Of a stretch of 64,000 bases of DNA, positions 1 through 9,748 are shown in pieces; within the stretch, counting starts at the first letter, position 1, and each line of letters starts with the position of its first letter. The stretch comes from Spirochaetota bacterium (lineage in GTDB: Bacteria > Spirochaetota > Brevinematia > DTOW01). Where the stretch lies: contig JANXAC010000002.1 in NCBI GenBank assembly GCA_025061835.1, positions 37,185 through 101,184 on the forward strand, read 5' to 3'. The notes under the pieces are model-generated. The model was not told where the DNA came from and searched no databases. It worked only from the letters and a program-made list of their open reading frames with translations. The translations under genes and the position numbers were made by a program.

Positions 1-2
1 AA

Positions 3-179
3 TGGGATAATGACGTTAAGGGTAAAGTTAGGTTTCTGAAAATCAAAGGTTATGCCAAAAACTACACTTCTGGAGACATATACGAAAAGTTGTCAAAAAT
101 GGTTCAAGAGATTGGGTTTCCTAAACCTCTCGCTATTACTGAAGTCTCAGTAGAAGAATTTGAATTATATGGAGGCTAA
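3..179 (+). CDS. C-terminal end of an upstream gene truncated by the window edge; product unknown
   Basis: Own translation: frame 3 is open from the first bases to TAA at 177-179 (...LAITEVSVEEFELYGG*). The stop overlaps the GGAGG ribosome-binding site of the next gene. Absent from the ORF track because no start lies in the window. Confidence 0.3.
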   Translation, partial: WDNDVKGKVRFLKIKGYAKNYTSGDIYEKLSKMVQEIGFPKPLAITEVSVEEFELYGG

Positions 180-181
180 TT

Positions 182-664
182 ATGGATGTCAATATAATTG
201 ATAATAAAGTTCTTGAACTTCTCAAACAAAACAAAGGAATCATAGCCTTCGGTTATATAGGTAAAGGAGACTATCCTATAGCAGAACCAAAGTTTGTTGT
301 AGATATTGACTTATCTTCAAATACCTTGTCGTTCTTTGAGAGTAAGCAAGAAGTTGCTGATTATATGAAAAATTCAAAATCAGTAAGTGTTTCGTTGTTT
401 GACTGGAGCGGTAAAGTATTTGATGGATATCAACTGAAAGGAATAGTTGAGGTTTTTCCTAAAGGTAGTAAAGTCTTCAACGAGATACTTGAAAGGTATA
501 ATTCAAGGTCTCTTAAACCTGAGTTTCTTAATGAGTTTTTAGCATTGATGGAAGAGAGTAAAATAATACCCACAAAAAACTTTATCATTCAGATTAAGTT
601 CAACATTAAATATTCCCAAGCTCCGTCTCCTGAATCTGCAAAGCCAATAGTAGTCTTAAGGTAA
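182..664 (+). CDS. hypothetical protein (160 aa), first gene of an overlapping unit with pirin and copA
   Basis: ORF track; ATG at 182 preceded by GGAGG (171-175); stop overlaps ATG of next gene (TAATG). No motif I can name confidently. Confidence 0.55.
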   Translation: MDVNIIDNKVLELLKQNKGIIAFGYIGKGDYPIAEPKFVVDIDLSSNTLSFFESKQEVADYMKNSKSVSVSLFDWSGKVFDGYQLKGIVEVFPKGSKVFNEILERYNSRSLKPEFLNEFLALMEESKIIPTKNFIIQIKFNIKYSQAPSPESAKPIVVLR

Positions 665-1482
665 TGAATAAGTATTCTGATGTTATTGACATACACAAAG
701 GAATTGATACGATGGAGGGGGGAGGAGTATACATTAGGAGATACATTGGATACAAACCTAACTATTTTGACCCATTCTTGCTTCTAGATGAGATCAAGAA
801 TGATAAACCTGAAGAATATCAAAAAGGATTCCCAATTCACCCTCACGCAGGTTTTGAGGTTATCACATACCTTGTTTCAGGAAAGATAGTCCATAGCGAC
901 TCAACCGGATCAAGGTCAGAAATATCAAGTGGTGATATTCAGTTTATGAACACAGGTTCAGGAGTAGTTCATTCTGAAATGCCAATAGCCACTGACAACA
1001 AACTACTTTGGGGATTTCAATTGTGGATAAACATACCATCAAACTTAAGAGAATCAGAACCCTACTACAAAAACTATCACCAGATAACACTACGAGAAAA
1101 TGATATTGAGGTAAACATCATAGCAGGTAAGTATGGTAATATTAGTCAGAATAATTACAGCAAACAACTGTCAAAATATATATCCGTCAGGTCTCTTGGA
1201 AAATCAACTTTCAACATAGACATAAATGAAGAACACAACGGTTTTATAGTCGTTTCAGAAGGTAGAATTGATGTTAATGGTTCAGATGTTGGTGAGGGAA
1301 TGATCGCACTTCTGAATACTGGTAAGGTTGAGGTATTAATGGAACCAGATACCTTCATATTATTCGTAGAGGGTAGAATGCTAAAAGAACAATTCGTTAG
1401 GTACGGACCTTTTGTAATGGATGATGAGGAAGGAGTGCTAAAAGCAATAAGAAACTACAGAAGGATTTCTCAACAACTATGA
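664..1482 (+). CDS. pirin-family cupin protein
   Basis: Cupin metal-site motifs HPHAGFEVITY ... GDIQFMNTGSGVVHSE characteristic of pirin-like proteins; 272 aa. Confidence 0.7.
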   Translation: MNKYSDVIDIHKGIDTMEGGGVYIRRYIGYKPNYFDPFLLLDEIKNDKPEEYQKGFPIHPHAGFEVITYLVSGKIVHSDSTGSRSEISSGDIQFMNTGSGVVHSEMPIATDNKLLWGFQLWINIPSNLRESEPYYKNYHQITLRENDIEVNIIAGKYGNISQNNYSKQLSKYISVRSLGKSTFNIDINEEHNGFIVVSEGRIDVNGSDVGEGMIALLNTGKVEVLMEPDTFILFVEGRMLKEQFVRYGPFVMDDEEGVLKAIRNYRRISQQL

Positions 1483-3566
1483 TTGACTTAAGGTTTCAGA
1501 TATCAGGAATGAGTTGCACCTCCTGTGCTAGAACTGTTGAGAAAATTATACTAACCTCTCCTGATGTTTATAAAGTAAAAGTTGATTTCACAACAGCAGT
1601 AGCACATATATCCGCAAAAACAAGTATTAACCTGTCTGATATTAGAAGAAAACTAAAAGATTTTGGATATGACCTAGCGCCACTAGAAGATAATGTAAGA
1701 CTTGATGTTGAAAGAAGAAGAGTATTTTTAGCGTTCTTTCTATCCCTACCTCTCTTCATTTTCATGGTTCTTAAAATGTTTGGAATTCATATTCACAATA
1801 CTTTGCTAGAAGTCCTAACTTTTGTCTTGTCAGCCTCCGTTGTCATAGTAGTAGGTTTTAGAATACACAAAAACGGCATTAGGTCACTACTTTATTTATC
1901 ACCTAACACTGATAGTCTTGTGTCTATAGGGTCTTTATCGGCATTATTAACATTCTTTCTGAACAAGGTATTTCAGATAGGTGATTTTTCAGTTGAGGCA
2001 GTAATAGTGATGGATGTATTTATTCTAGGAAACTATATCAAAACAAAACTTTCAGAAAGTGCTGTTAGGTCACTAAAAGAGTTATATAAAATTTTCTCAA
2101 ACCACGCAACTATAATAGAGGATGGTAAAGAAGTAAAGAAGGATATAGGTGAAGTCAGGGAAGGGAATATCGTTGTTATCAAGTCGGGAGAGAGAATACC
2201 AATTGATGGTGTTGTGATTGAGGGGAAGAGTAGCATTGAAGAATCCTTTATAACAGGCGAAGCAAAACCTAGAGTTGTAGAGAGAGGAGATAAAGTTTTT
2301 GCAGGAGGTTATAACATTGATGGTTTTCTCAAGGTAAGAGTAAATAAAAAAATTGAAGATACCCTTCTCTACAAAACGATACAACTCGTTGAAGATATAA
2401 AGTATTCAAAATTACCTATACAAAACATAGCAGATGCTTTCGTTAAATATCTTGTGCCTGTTGTTCTATTTGTTTCTTTATTCTCGCTAATATTTTGGAT
2501 AAGTATAGGTGATCTTAACAGAGGTATTGTAAGTTTTGTTTCAGTTCTTGTGATTGCCTGTCCATGTGCTTTGGGCATTGCAATACCAACTGCACTAGCA
2601 GTCGCGATAGGAATACTATCTAAAAAAGGAATAATCATAAGAAACTTTGAAAAAGTCAGATTATTTAAAAGGGTAGATACATTCATTTTTGACAAAACTG
2701 GAACACTTACCGTTGGAAAACCCAGAGTGGTTGAAATTTCACTTGACAGTAGATATGCAAGAAACATATTTTATCTCTCCTCTCTATCTGAACACCCTCT
2801 TTCCATAGCCTTAAAGGATTACCTGAAGGATAATTTCGCCGATGTCTCTGAAGAAACTAGTCAAGTAGATCAATTTAAGGTTCTACCGGGGGAAGGTATT
2901 GAAGGTATAGTTGATGGGAAGCGATTTAAAATACAAAGGTCAAAGGAAGAAGACAAGACAACATCTTCAGATATATTCCTTTTTGATAGTAACGAATGGC
3001 ACAAAATAGGTAAAGTTTATTTTAGCGATACTCTCAAGGAAGAAGCAAGAGATATTATAGAATACTTGAAAACCTACGGAAAGATCATAATGCTAACTGG
3101 TGATAAGTGTAGTGTTGCAGAAGATATCTCAAACAAAACAGGAATAGAAGAGTATTATTGTTCCCTTTTACCTCACCAGAAACTGGAGATTGTTAAAAAC
3201 ATTCAAAATCAAGGTAGAATTGTAATGTATGTAGGGGATGGAATAAACGATACTCCTAGTCTGAGTGCATCAGACATAGGGGTTGTGTTTTCAAGTAAAG
3301 ACAACATCGTAGCAAGTATAGGAGACTTTGTAATAACATCTAAAAACTTAAAAGATTTAAAATTCCTTATAGATTTCTCAAGGACATTGGATAGGAAGAT
3401 AATTCAAAATCTTGTCTGGGCTTTTGTCTATAATCTCATCGCCATACCAGTTGCATTTATTGGGCTTCTAACACCTTCAATAGCGGAAGTTTTAATGGCT
3501 TTGAGTTCTATAAGTGTTGTTCTAAATTCTCTCACCTTGCGTGGAAGGTCAAAGAGTCTGGATTAA
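1479..3566 (+). CDS. copA: copper-type heavy-metal translocating P1B-type ATPase
   Basis: N-terminal HMA domain with GMSCTSCA (CxxC); membrane CPC motif (ACPCALGIA); DKTGTLT phosphorylation site; GDGINDTP hinge; C-terminal MALSSISVVLNSL (MxxSS, Cu-type). ATGA overlap with pirin gene. Confidence 0.88.
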   Translation: MIDLRFQISGMSCTSCARTVEKIILTSPDVYKVKVDFTTAVAHISAKTSINLSDIRRKLKDFGYDLAPLEDNVRLDVERRRVFLAFFLSLPLFIFMVLKMFGIHIHNTLLEVLTFVLSASVVIVVGFRIHKNGIRSLLYLSPNTDSLVSIGSLSALLTFFLNKVFQIGDFSVEAVIVMDVFILGNYIKTKLSESAVRSLKELYKIFSNHATIIEDGKEVKKDIGEVREGNIVVIKSGERIPIDGVVIEGKSSIEESFITGEAKPRVVERGDKVFAGGYNIDGFLKVRVNKKIEDTLLYKTIQLVEDIKYSKLPIQNIADAFVKYLVPVVLFVSLFSLIFWISIGDLNRGIVSFVSVLVIACPCALGIAIPTALAVAIGILSKKGIIIRNFEKVRLFKRVDTFIFDKTGTLTVGKPRVVEISLDSRYARNIFYLSSLSEHPLSIALKDYLKDNFADVSEETSQVDQFKVLPGEGIEGIVDGKRFKIQRSKEEDKTTSSDIFLFDSNEWHKIGKVYFSDTLKEEARDIIEYLKTYGKIIMLTGDKCSVAEDISNKTGIEEYYCSLLPHQKLEIVKNIQNQGRIVMYVGDGINDTPSLSASDIGVVFSSKDNIVASIGDFVITSKNLKDLKFLIDFSRTLDRKIIQNLVWAFVYNLIAIPVAFIGLLTPSIAEVLMALSSISVVLNSLTLRGRSKSLD

Positions 3567-3706
3567 TAACTACTATGTAGGATCAAATGGATTTGTTGAG
3601 TAAAAAGTCTAGAATCTTGCTTACTCACCTAGTAGAAATTGAATTGATTGATAGATATTCTACTAGTTCAAAGTCCTTTCTTTAATACCTTTCGGTTTGA
3701 CACATT

Positions 3707-4300
3707 CTACACTATCACTATCTCACCATCTTTTCCAGACAATACTCTTGATTTTTCGTTAAGGTGGTATATTCCAATCAGTAAAGATGCAATAGCATCA
3801 AGTTCATCTTGAGTGTATTCTCTAGATTCCAATTCTAGACCTAATGTATGGAATAGTTCTATAATACTATGCTTATCCTTCCTATTTACTCCAAAGTAAT
3901 CATACAGGGCGCCCGGTAGTGTCTCAAAAATTTTCTTACCCATACTTTCCAGTTCTCTTTTTATCACAAGTCCTCTCTCCGTTAGCATTCTCATAGGTCC
4001 CAGTGTTATAGGAAAGAATTTTATTCCAAGTTCTTTGAGCATTACATCACATTCCCTTAGGTGTCTTCCTTTCCTATCGTTTATTGTCTTTCTTCCTTCA
4101 GGAATACTCAATGGGGCATCTATGAATACAAAGTCAAAATCTCTTGAAATCTGTATAATATCTTCGTTGGAATGAATAATTCCAACAACTGTTTTGTCGT
4201 TGCGTATGAACGCATAACCTGTATTTCTCCTAGAGCTACCTGCAAGGTCTATACCTAAAACCCTATCCTTAAGAGTTAGTCTTTTAATACTAAACTCCAT
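3707..4300 (-). CDS. hypothetical protein, possibly an RNase H-fold nuclease-like protein
   Basis: 197-aa ORF; N-terminal VLGIDLAGSSRRNTGYAF resembles the first strand and acidic site of RNase H-like (YqgF/DUF429-type) folds; AGAGG just upstream of ATG. Family assignment tentative. Confidence 0.5.
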   Translation of the reverse strand: MEFSIKRLTLKDRVLGIDLAGSSRRNTGYAFIRNDKTVVGIIHSNEDIIQISRDFDFVFIDAPLSIPEGRKTINDRKGRHLRECDVMLKELGIKFFPITLGPMRMLTERGLVIKRELESMGKKIFETLPGALYDYFGVNRKDKHSIIELFHTLGLELESREYTQDELDAIASLLIGIYHLNEKSRVLSGKDGEIVIV

Positions 4301-4652
4301 AAACCTCTAGTAAATTATAATACTTCTTACCAAGACTATGTCTAAAAGATCAATCACACAAAATAAAATTTCTATTGAATTAGCCAATAAATTCCAATTT
4401 TTAATTATCAGATAATACTATTTAGACTTTTTGCTTATCCATCTTTTTGTTTTAGATAGTATTTGCTAGTCTCAAAATTTTGCTTCATATTGCTCTTTCA
4501 AGCGTTTGTAGGATGAATTTTCACCTATTCTCAACGGAAACTACAAACGAAAGAAGAAACTCAACTTTGGTTACTAACTTTACTTTTTAGTTCATTAAGT
4601 TTGATATTACTCAAAAGGTTATGTTTATACTATTTGTTGAGTTTAGTCAGGT

Positions 4653-5828
4653 ATGAGAAAACTTTTTAGTTTTTTAAAGGAAAGACAGGACATAGTTTTA
4701 TTTTTCCTATCGGTTTTGGTAGTCTTGTTTAGACTGCTTTTCTACGATATGATATCATGGGACTACAAATACCACATATCCAAATGGTATGACACACTTA
4801 AAACTGAAGGTTTCAGTGCTTTTTCAAAAACTTTTTCTGACTACTCACCAATGTATCTGTATCTGATTTATTTTTTGACTTTTATTCCTCTACACGGTCT
4901 CTATTCAGTCAAACTCCTCTCAACAATATTTGATATAATCCTTGCCTTCGTATCCTCAAGAATAGTATTTAGACTAACATCAGATACTCCCGCTTCAAAA
5001 TTGTCTTTTCTTGTTGTCCTATCTTTACCAACCGTAATTATGAACAGTTCCTACTGGGCTCAGTCCGATATGATATTCACAACCTTTGTCCTTTTAGGTG
5101 TGTTAAACTTTATCCAGAAAAGGTATTTCTTAGGCTACTTATTTATAGGTGTTGCCTTTTCGTTCAAACTACAAACAGTTTTTATCCTACCAGCAGTTGC
5201 AATAATCACCCTCTACTACCTAATATACGAAAGGAAAGTAAGATTCCTATTTTATCCAATACTCATCCCACTAGTGTATTTTGTTTCAATAATACCTTCC
5301 TACATAGCAGGTAAAAGTTTGGTTGAACTCGCAACAATATATTTGAATCAAACTGAAACTTACAAAGATGTCACGTTAAGCGCTCCAAATATCTATACCT
5401 TTATACCTAGCGACTTTGGTAGAGAGTATTCTTCAACAATCACTATCATTGGAATAATCCTAACTTCTCTGATAACTATAACCTTGGTAGTTTATTTCTT
5501 GATCAACTACAAAAGGATTGTTCAAAACAACTATGAGAATAGTATAGTAATGTTGTTTTTGCTTTTTGCTTTAGTTGAGCCTTACTTTCTTCCTAGAATG
5601 CACGAGAGATATTTTTACATTGCTGATGTCCTTTCGGTGATATTTGCTTTTAAGTTTAGAGACAAGTGGTTTTTACCTGTTGTAGTCGTCCTATCATCTA
5701 CCCTCGCATACATACAGGTAAATATACTTCTAGGTCTTGTAATGGTCGCAGTTCCTCTTGGAGTTGTGATAGTCTGGTATGTTTTTTATGTAAGGAAAGT
5801 TTTAGTATTAGAAACCAAGACAACATGA
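4653..5828 (+). CDS. polytopic integral membrane protein, function unknown
   Basis: 391-aa ORF with many long hydrophobic segments; preceded by a ~350-bp AT-rich leader. Confidence 0.6.
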   Translation: MRKLFSFLKERQDIVLFFLSVLVVLFRLLFYDMISWDYKYHISKWYDTLKTEGFSAFSKTFSDYSPMYLYLIYFLTFIPLHGLYSVKLLSTIFDIILAFVSSRIVFRLTSDTPASKLSFLVVLSLPTVIMNSSYWAQSDMIFTTFVLLGVLNFIQKRYFLGYLFIGVAFSFKLQTVFILPAVAIITLYYLIYERKVRFLFYPILIPLVYFVSIIPSYIAGKSLVELATIYLNQTETYKDVTLSAPNIYTFIPSDFGREYSSTITIIGIILTSLITITLVVYFLINYKRIVQNNYENSIVMLFLLFALVEPYFLPRMHERYFYIADVLSVIFAFKFRDKWFLPVVVVLSSTLAYIQVNILLGLVMVAVPLGVVIVWYVFYVRKVLVLETKTT

Positions 5829-5970
5829 AAATTATCATTCTTGGAAAATTCCTAAATCCACATCTAAAGTTCAACACTCAAGAAACCTTAGACTAGCTAC
5901 TCCGTCTATTCCGTAGATGTCCTTGGATACAAATATCAAGAATGCTAAAGGATTCTTTAAAATACACTTT

Positions 5971-6333
5971 ATGAAGTTTGTTGATGAGATTGGTGGAGTG
6001 AAGCCTGTTGGTCATTACTCGTCCGCTGTTATCTTACCCAACGGTTTTCTTTTTCTATCAGGGCAAATAGCAAATGGCGATTCAGTAGAAGAACAAACCC
6101 GGAATGTGCTAAACAACATCTCAAAAATTCTCTCGGAACTAGGATATTCAAAAAACGATATTTTCAAGGTAGTAGTTTATATAAAGGATATATCAAAGTT
6201 TCCGCAGTTCAACGAAGTTTATAAAGAGTTTTTTGGAGAGCACAAACCAGTAAGAACTACCGTAGAGGTTAGTAGATTACCAAAGGATTCACTGATTGAA
6301 ATAGAAGTAGCCGCTTTTAAAGTAGCACCTTAA
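5971..6333 (+). CDS. ridA: RidA/YjgF-family reactive-intermediate deaminase
   Basis: VKPVGHYSSAVILPNGFLFLSGQIA ... VRTTVEVSRLPKDSLIEIEVAA matches the RidA/YjgF family. ORF track starts at ATG 5917, but the family-typical length is met from the ATG at 5971 (MKFVDEIGG...). Neither start has a clear RBS. Confidence 0.72.
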   Translation: MKFVDEIGGVKPVGHYSSAVILPNGFLFLSGQIANGDSVEEQTRNVLNNISKILSELGYSKNDIFKVVVYIKDISKFPQFNEVYKEFFGEHKPVRTTVEVSRLPKDSLIEIEVAAFKVAP

Positions 6334-7193
6334 AGGTTCTTCACAAATACTTTGTCGGAGGATAGAATATATTGCGAGTTAAAAACTTTGTCAATCACCT
6401 TGAAACCTCCGTCAAACTCAAGAAGGACTCCAACATTCTCATCAAAGTCAAAAACAGAAACTAACATATCTTCATCTACCTTCTTCACATCCACAACCTC
6501 AAACCAAGAAGACCTAACTGGTATTTGGATTGTTTCATAATCTCCTTTTTCTAGAGTCATTAGAAAACCATTGAAACCAAATTTTTGCCACATATTCACT
6601 CCCAGCACAATCCTACCCTCATATGCCTCAATCCCTGAAAATTCCCACAGATCGTTGTTTATGTTTATTTCAAGAAGTTCAAGTTCATTCTCAAACCTTA
6701 CCAATATACCTCTGTAATTATCCTTATCAACTCCATAGAAGAAGTATTTATTATCATATCTAATACCACCTCTGAATTCATATTCACCCATAAGCATCAC
6801 AGGAAGTTTTAACCTCTCAAGCGTATTGATTATGAAGACATCACCATTCATTACATCATCACTAGGCTTGTAGAAGTTCCCTACCGCAACATACCCATCA
6901 CTCCAAACAAACTCTGAAAATGTGTCATACACAGCTTTTTCTGAAACTATATCTAGGTTTTTGTCCAGAAACAATACTCCCGCAGATCTATAGAAATTCT
7001 GATTTACATAGAAACCAGATAGTATCACCTTACTTTCAGTTTTGCTAACACTTCTACAGTAGAAGTTATTAATACTATCTATTATCTTACTATCCTTTTT
7101 AATTATTGTTGAGTATTGGTTAAGTGAATTCAGAAAATCAAAACCATTGACACTACCGACTGGTGTGAGTTTGGTATGTTCCAGTATTTCCAT
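6330..7193 (-). CDS. hypothetical protein (287 aa)
   Basis: ORF track; lies immediately downstream of scpA on the same strand (5-bp gap); no recognisable motif. Confidence 0.5.
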   Translation of the reverse strand: MEILEHTKLTPVGSVNGFDFLNSLNQYSTIIKKDSKIIDSINNFYCRSVSKTESKVILSGFYVNQNFYRSAGVLFLDKNLDIVSEKAVYDTFSEFVWSDGYVAVGNFYKPSDDVMNGDVFIINTLERLKLPVMLMGEYEFRGGIRYDNKYFFYGVDKDNYRGILVRFENELELLEININNDLWEFSGIEAYEGRIVLGVNMWQKFGFNGFLMTLEKGDYETIQIPVRSSWFEVVDVKKVDEDMLVSVFDFDENVGVLLEFDGGFKVIDKVFNSQYILSSDKVFVKNL

Positions 7194-7198
7194 AGACT

Positions 7199-7915
7199 TT
7201 ACCTTTTCAACACAAGAATGTCATCAAAGTGTTTTTCTTGTTGCAGCTTTGTAATCTCTGACCTTGTTGTCTCAAGTATTGCGATGAATGATGTTATCTG
7301 TTGTAAAACTGGTTCTGACATAACAAGCTCAGAGAAGCTAAATGAATACCTTGAGTTCAGTATTTTCTTTATCTGATCTATCTTTTCTGAAATATTTACC
7401 TCATCCCTTTTTAGTTGGTATTTTCTATCTCTCTGTATGTTTATGAAATACTTTACTGCTAGTCTTACCAGATCCTGGAGAGTATAGTCTTTATGCTTTA
7501 TAATGCTTCTTTTAACCTGCTTTGACAACATCATCTGTCTAATAGCTCGCTTATTCTTTAGTAAGTCTCTCAAAACTCTAAACTCCTTGATTATCTCTAG
7601 TTGGGATAGCAACACCTCCGTTTCTGCTTCCATATCTTCATCTTTTGGAACAGGTTTTGCTAACAGAGTCGTAGCTTTCAGATAGAGTAGAATACTTGCT
7701 ATCCTTACAAACTCTGCGGATGTTACAAGTTCCGGCTTATTGTTTCGTGAATATTCAATATACTGATCTACTATTTTTGTTAGTGATACTCTTGTTATAT
7801 CAAGTTTATTTTTGGTTATGAGTGTAAGTAGTAATCCAAGAGGACCTTCAAACTCATCAGTTTTTACACTAATGTCAACCTCAACAAGTGGTTGTTTATT
7901 ACCATTCCCATCCAT
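7199..7915 (-). CDS. scpA: segregation and condensation protein A
   Basis: N-terminal DEFEGPLGLLLTLITKNKLDITRVSLTKIVDQYIEY matches the conserved ScpA kleisin N-terminus; 238 aa. Confidence 0.78.
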   Translation of the reverse strand: MDGNGNKQPLVEVDISVKTDEFEGPLGLLLTLITKNKLDITRVSLTKIVDQYIEYSRNNKPELVTSAEFVRIASILLYLKATTLLAKPVPKDEDMEAETEVLLSQLEIIKEFRVLRDLLKNKRAIRQMMLSKQVKRSIIKHKDYTLQDLVRLAVKYFINIQRDRKYQLKRDEVNISEKIDQIKKILNSRYSFSFSELVMSEPVLQQITSFIAILETTRSEITKLQQEKHFDDILVLKR

Positions 7916-7984
7916 CTGTTTAAATCATATTAGTTTCTGTTGTAGCTTTTCAAATTATTTCCCTTGAGCTTCAAACCTGAATAA

Positions 7985-9649
7985 TTACCTAACGAATATT
8001 GATGTCGTTGCAAAACCACCTATCGGAAAGTCTTCTAGGACTTCTTCTTCTAATATGAAGGGTATAATATTTTTAGATTTTGGGCTTATGTTGAAGACTG
8101 TTGAGAGATAGTTTGGAAGTAGGTTGTAGGTATATCCACTACTCGCGTATCCAGATGAGGGAATCTCAACATACAGAACAAGTTTATCTGTCCTCAAATC
8201 CTGTGATATAAAATTGTATAACTTTTCATAGGTGTCAAAAACTATCGTTTCGGGGAATAAGTTTAACTTCTGTATAGTTCTTGATGCTCTGTTAATGGCA
8301 CCTATGTTTATTCTCGTTCCACTCTGAACCCAACTCGGTATCTTAAGATTAAAGTCTCTTGTTATTATTTGGTCTCTAAACTTTTTTATACCTACGGTTA
8401 CTCTAATATCCTCACCGGGAGAAACTACTACCTTTGACGGAATTACAAACGCAACAAATCCAACATCTATCGGTTCAGTTTCAATCCTAACTCTCACTTC
8501 TTCTATATCAACACTAAAAATAGGGTTATAGATTAGAAAGTCAAGTATAGAATTCACATCAAGAATGGATATAGCATAACCATAACCCATCTGATAGACA
8601 GGTATAATATCACTAAAGTCAATGTTGTATTTTTTATCAACTCCTTCAAACTTGAATGAGACTCTACAGTCAAGTTTGACATTACCTTCTCCAAAGATAC
8701 CTTTGCTCTTCAGAACCGACTCTGTTATGGTAGCAGATACCAGCGAACTTAAAATACCGCTTACTTTAGCAATTTGGTATTTATAGGAGTATTGTCCATC
8801 AACATCAATAAACACTTTGATAGTAGGTGCCGTTTTACCTACTATTCCAAATATCCCACTACTACCATCAAACTCCATACTACCAACAATCTGTTTTGGA
8901 ACACCCAGTTTAAATGACAGACTCTGTCTAGGAACGATTGTAACTATATCCACCTCTGATATAGGAACTGATGTCTTACCACCTAGAAAGGCTGGATGCC
9001 CTAGTGCAAAAACTTTATCGCCATCAACATAACTTACAGTTCCTATGGCAGTAAGTTCCATATCACCAGAGACTAGATTGATACCTATTGCATCACCAGG
9101 TTTAAACCCTCTTTGTGCTGTTTCGTATTTCAAACCAAATGACGAAAACGAGTCAATTATTAAAAAGTTATCTTTCATAGTGCTTTCAATAAGGCTTTTG
9201 GTTATTTTAGAAGCACCACTTAAAAGTATAGGTGTTACATATTTCAAATCGCCTGGCAGTGATACGTAGTTCTTTAGGTAGTTTTCAAGAGTTATCATAT
9301 CTTCTATCGGAGTTATCCCTACAATAGGTTCTTTTAGAAATGTCCAAGTGAATGCAACTGCTCCAACAAGTTTATTGTCTATATATACAGGACTACCACT
9401 CATCCCCGCAACAACACCAGTAGATCTTATCTCTTCATCATCTATCCTTGCTATTATAACTCCAGATTTAGGACTATTCTTGAAGACACCTATAACCTCA
9501 AAAGAAAATTCTTTGAGAGTGTTGTTATTCCATCTAGTTATACCTATACCCTTCTGCCCACTCTTGACATCAGAAAGATTAACAAAAGATGAAAAACACA
9601 AGGAAAAGGTATTTAGGATCGCAAATAATACTATAAAAACCCTTTTCAT
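7985..9649 (-). CDS. secreted serine peptidase, SpoIVB/S55-like (tentative)
   Basis: N-terminal signal peptide; GMSGSPVY and GTVSYVDGDKVFALGHP resemble the Ser and His regions of S55 peptidases, but their order relative to my recollection of SpoIVB is uncertain. Confidence 0.45.
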   Translation of the reverse strand: MKRVFIVLFAILNTFSLCFSSFVNLSDVKSGQKGIGITRWNNNTLKEFSFEVIGVFKNSPKSGVIIARIDDEEIRSTGVVAGMSGSPVYIDNKLVGAVAFTWTFLKEPIVGITPIEDMITLENYLKNYVSLPGDLKYVTPILLSGASKITKSLIESTMKDNFLIIDSFSSFGLKYETAQRGFKPGDAIGINLVSGDMELTAIGTVSYVDGDKVFALGHPAFLGGKTSVPISEVDIVTIVPRQSLSFKLGVPKQIVGSMEFDGSSGIFGIVGKTAPTIKVFIDVDGQYSYKYQIAKVSGILSSLVSATITESVLKSKGIFGEGNVKLDCRVSFKFEGVDKKYNIDFSDIIPVYQMGYGYAISILDVNSILDFLIYNPIFSVDIEEVRVRIETEPIDVGFVAFVIPSKVVVSPGEDIRVTVGIKKFRDQIITRDFNLKIPSWVQSGTRINIGAINRASRTIQKLNLFPETIVFDTYEKLYNFISQDLRTDKLVLYVEIPSSGYASSGYTYNLLPNYLSTVFNISPKSKNIIPFILEEEVLEDFPIGGFATTSIFVR

Positions 9650-9748
9650 ACTTTAAAAATAATAAATAAACTTTTTCAAAGATTCCAAACTTACAGGCTT
9701 CAGTATAATTTTAAAGTCTAGGTTATGCTTTTTTAAAATAGATATTGT

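Noticed and set aside
1568-2767. Four minus-strand ORFs (1568-1765, 2033-2236, 2097-2384, 2369-2767) inside copA
   Set aside because: Antisense to a gene with unambiguous P-type ATPase motifs; low-complexity translations; shadow ORFs.
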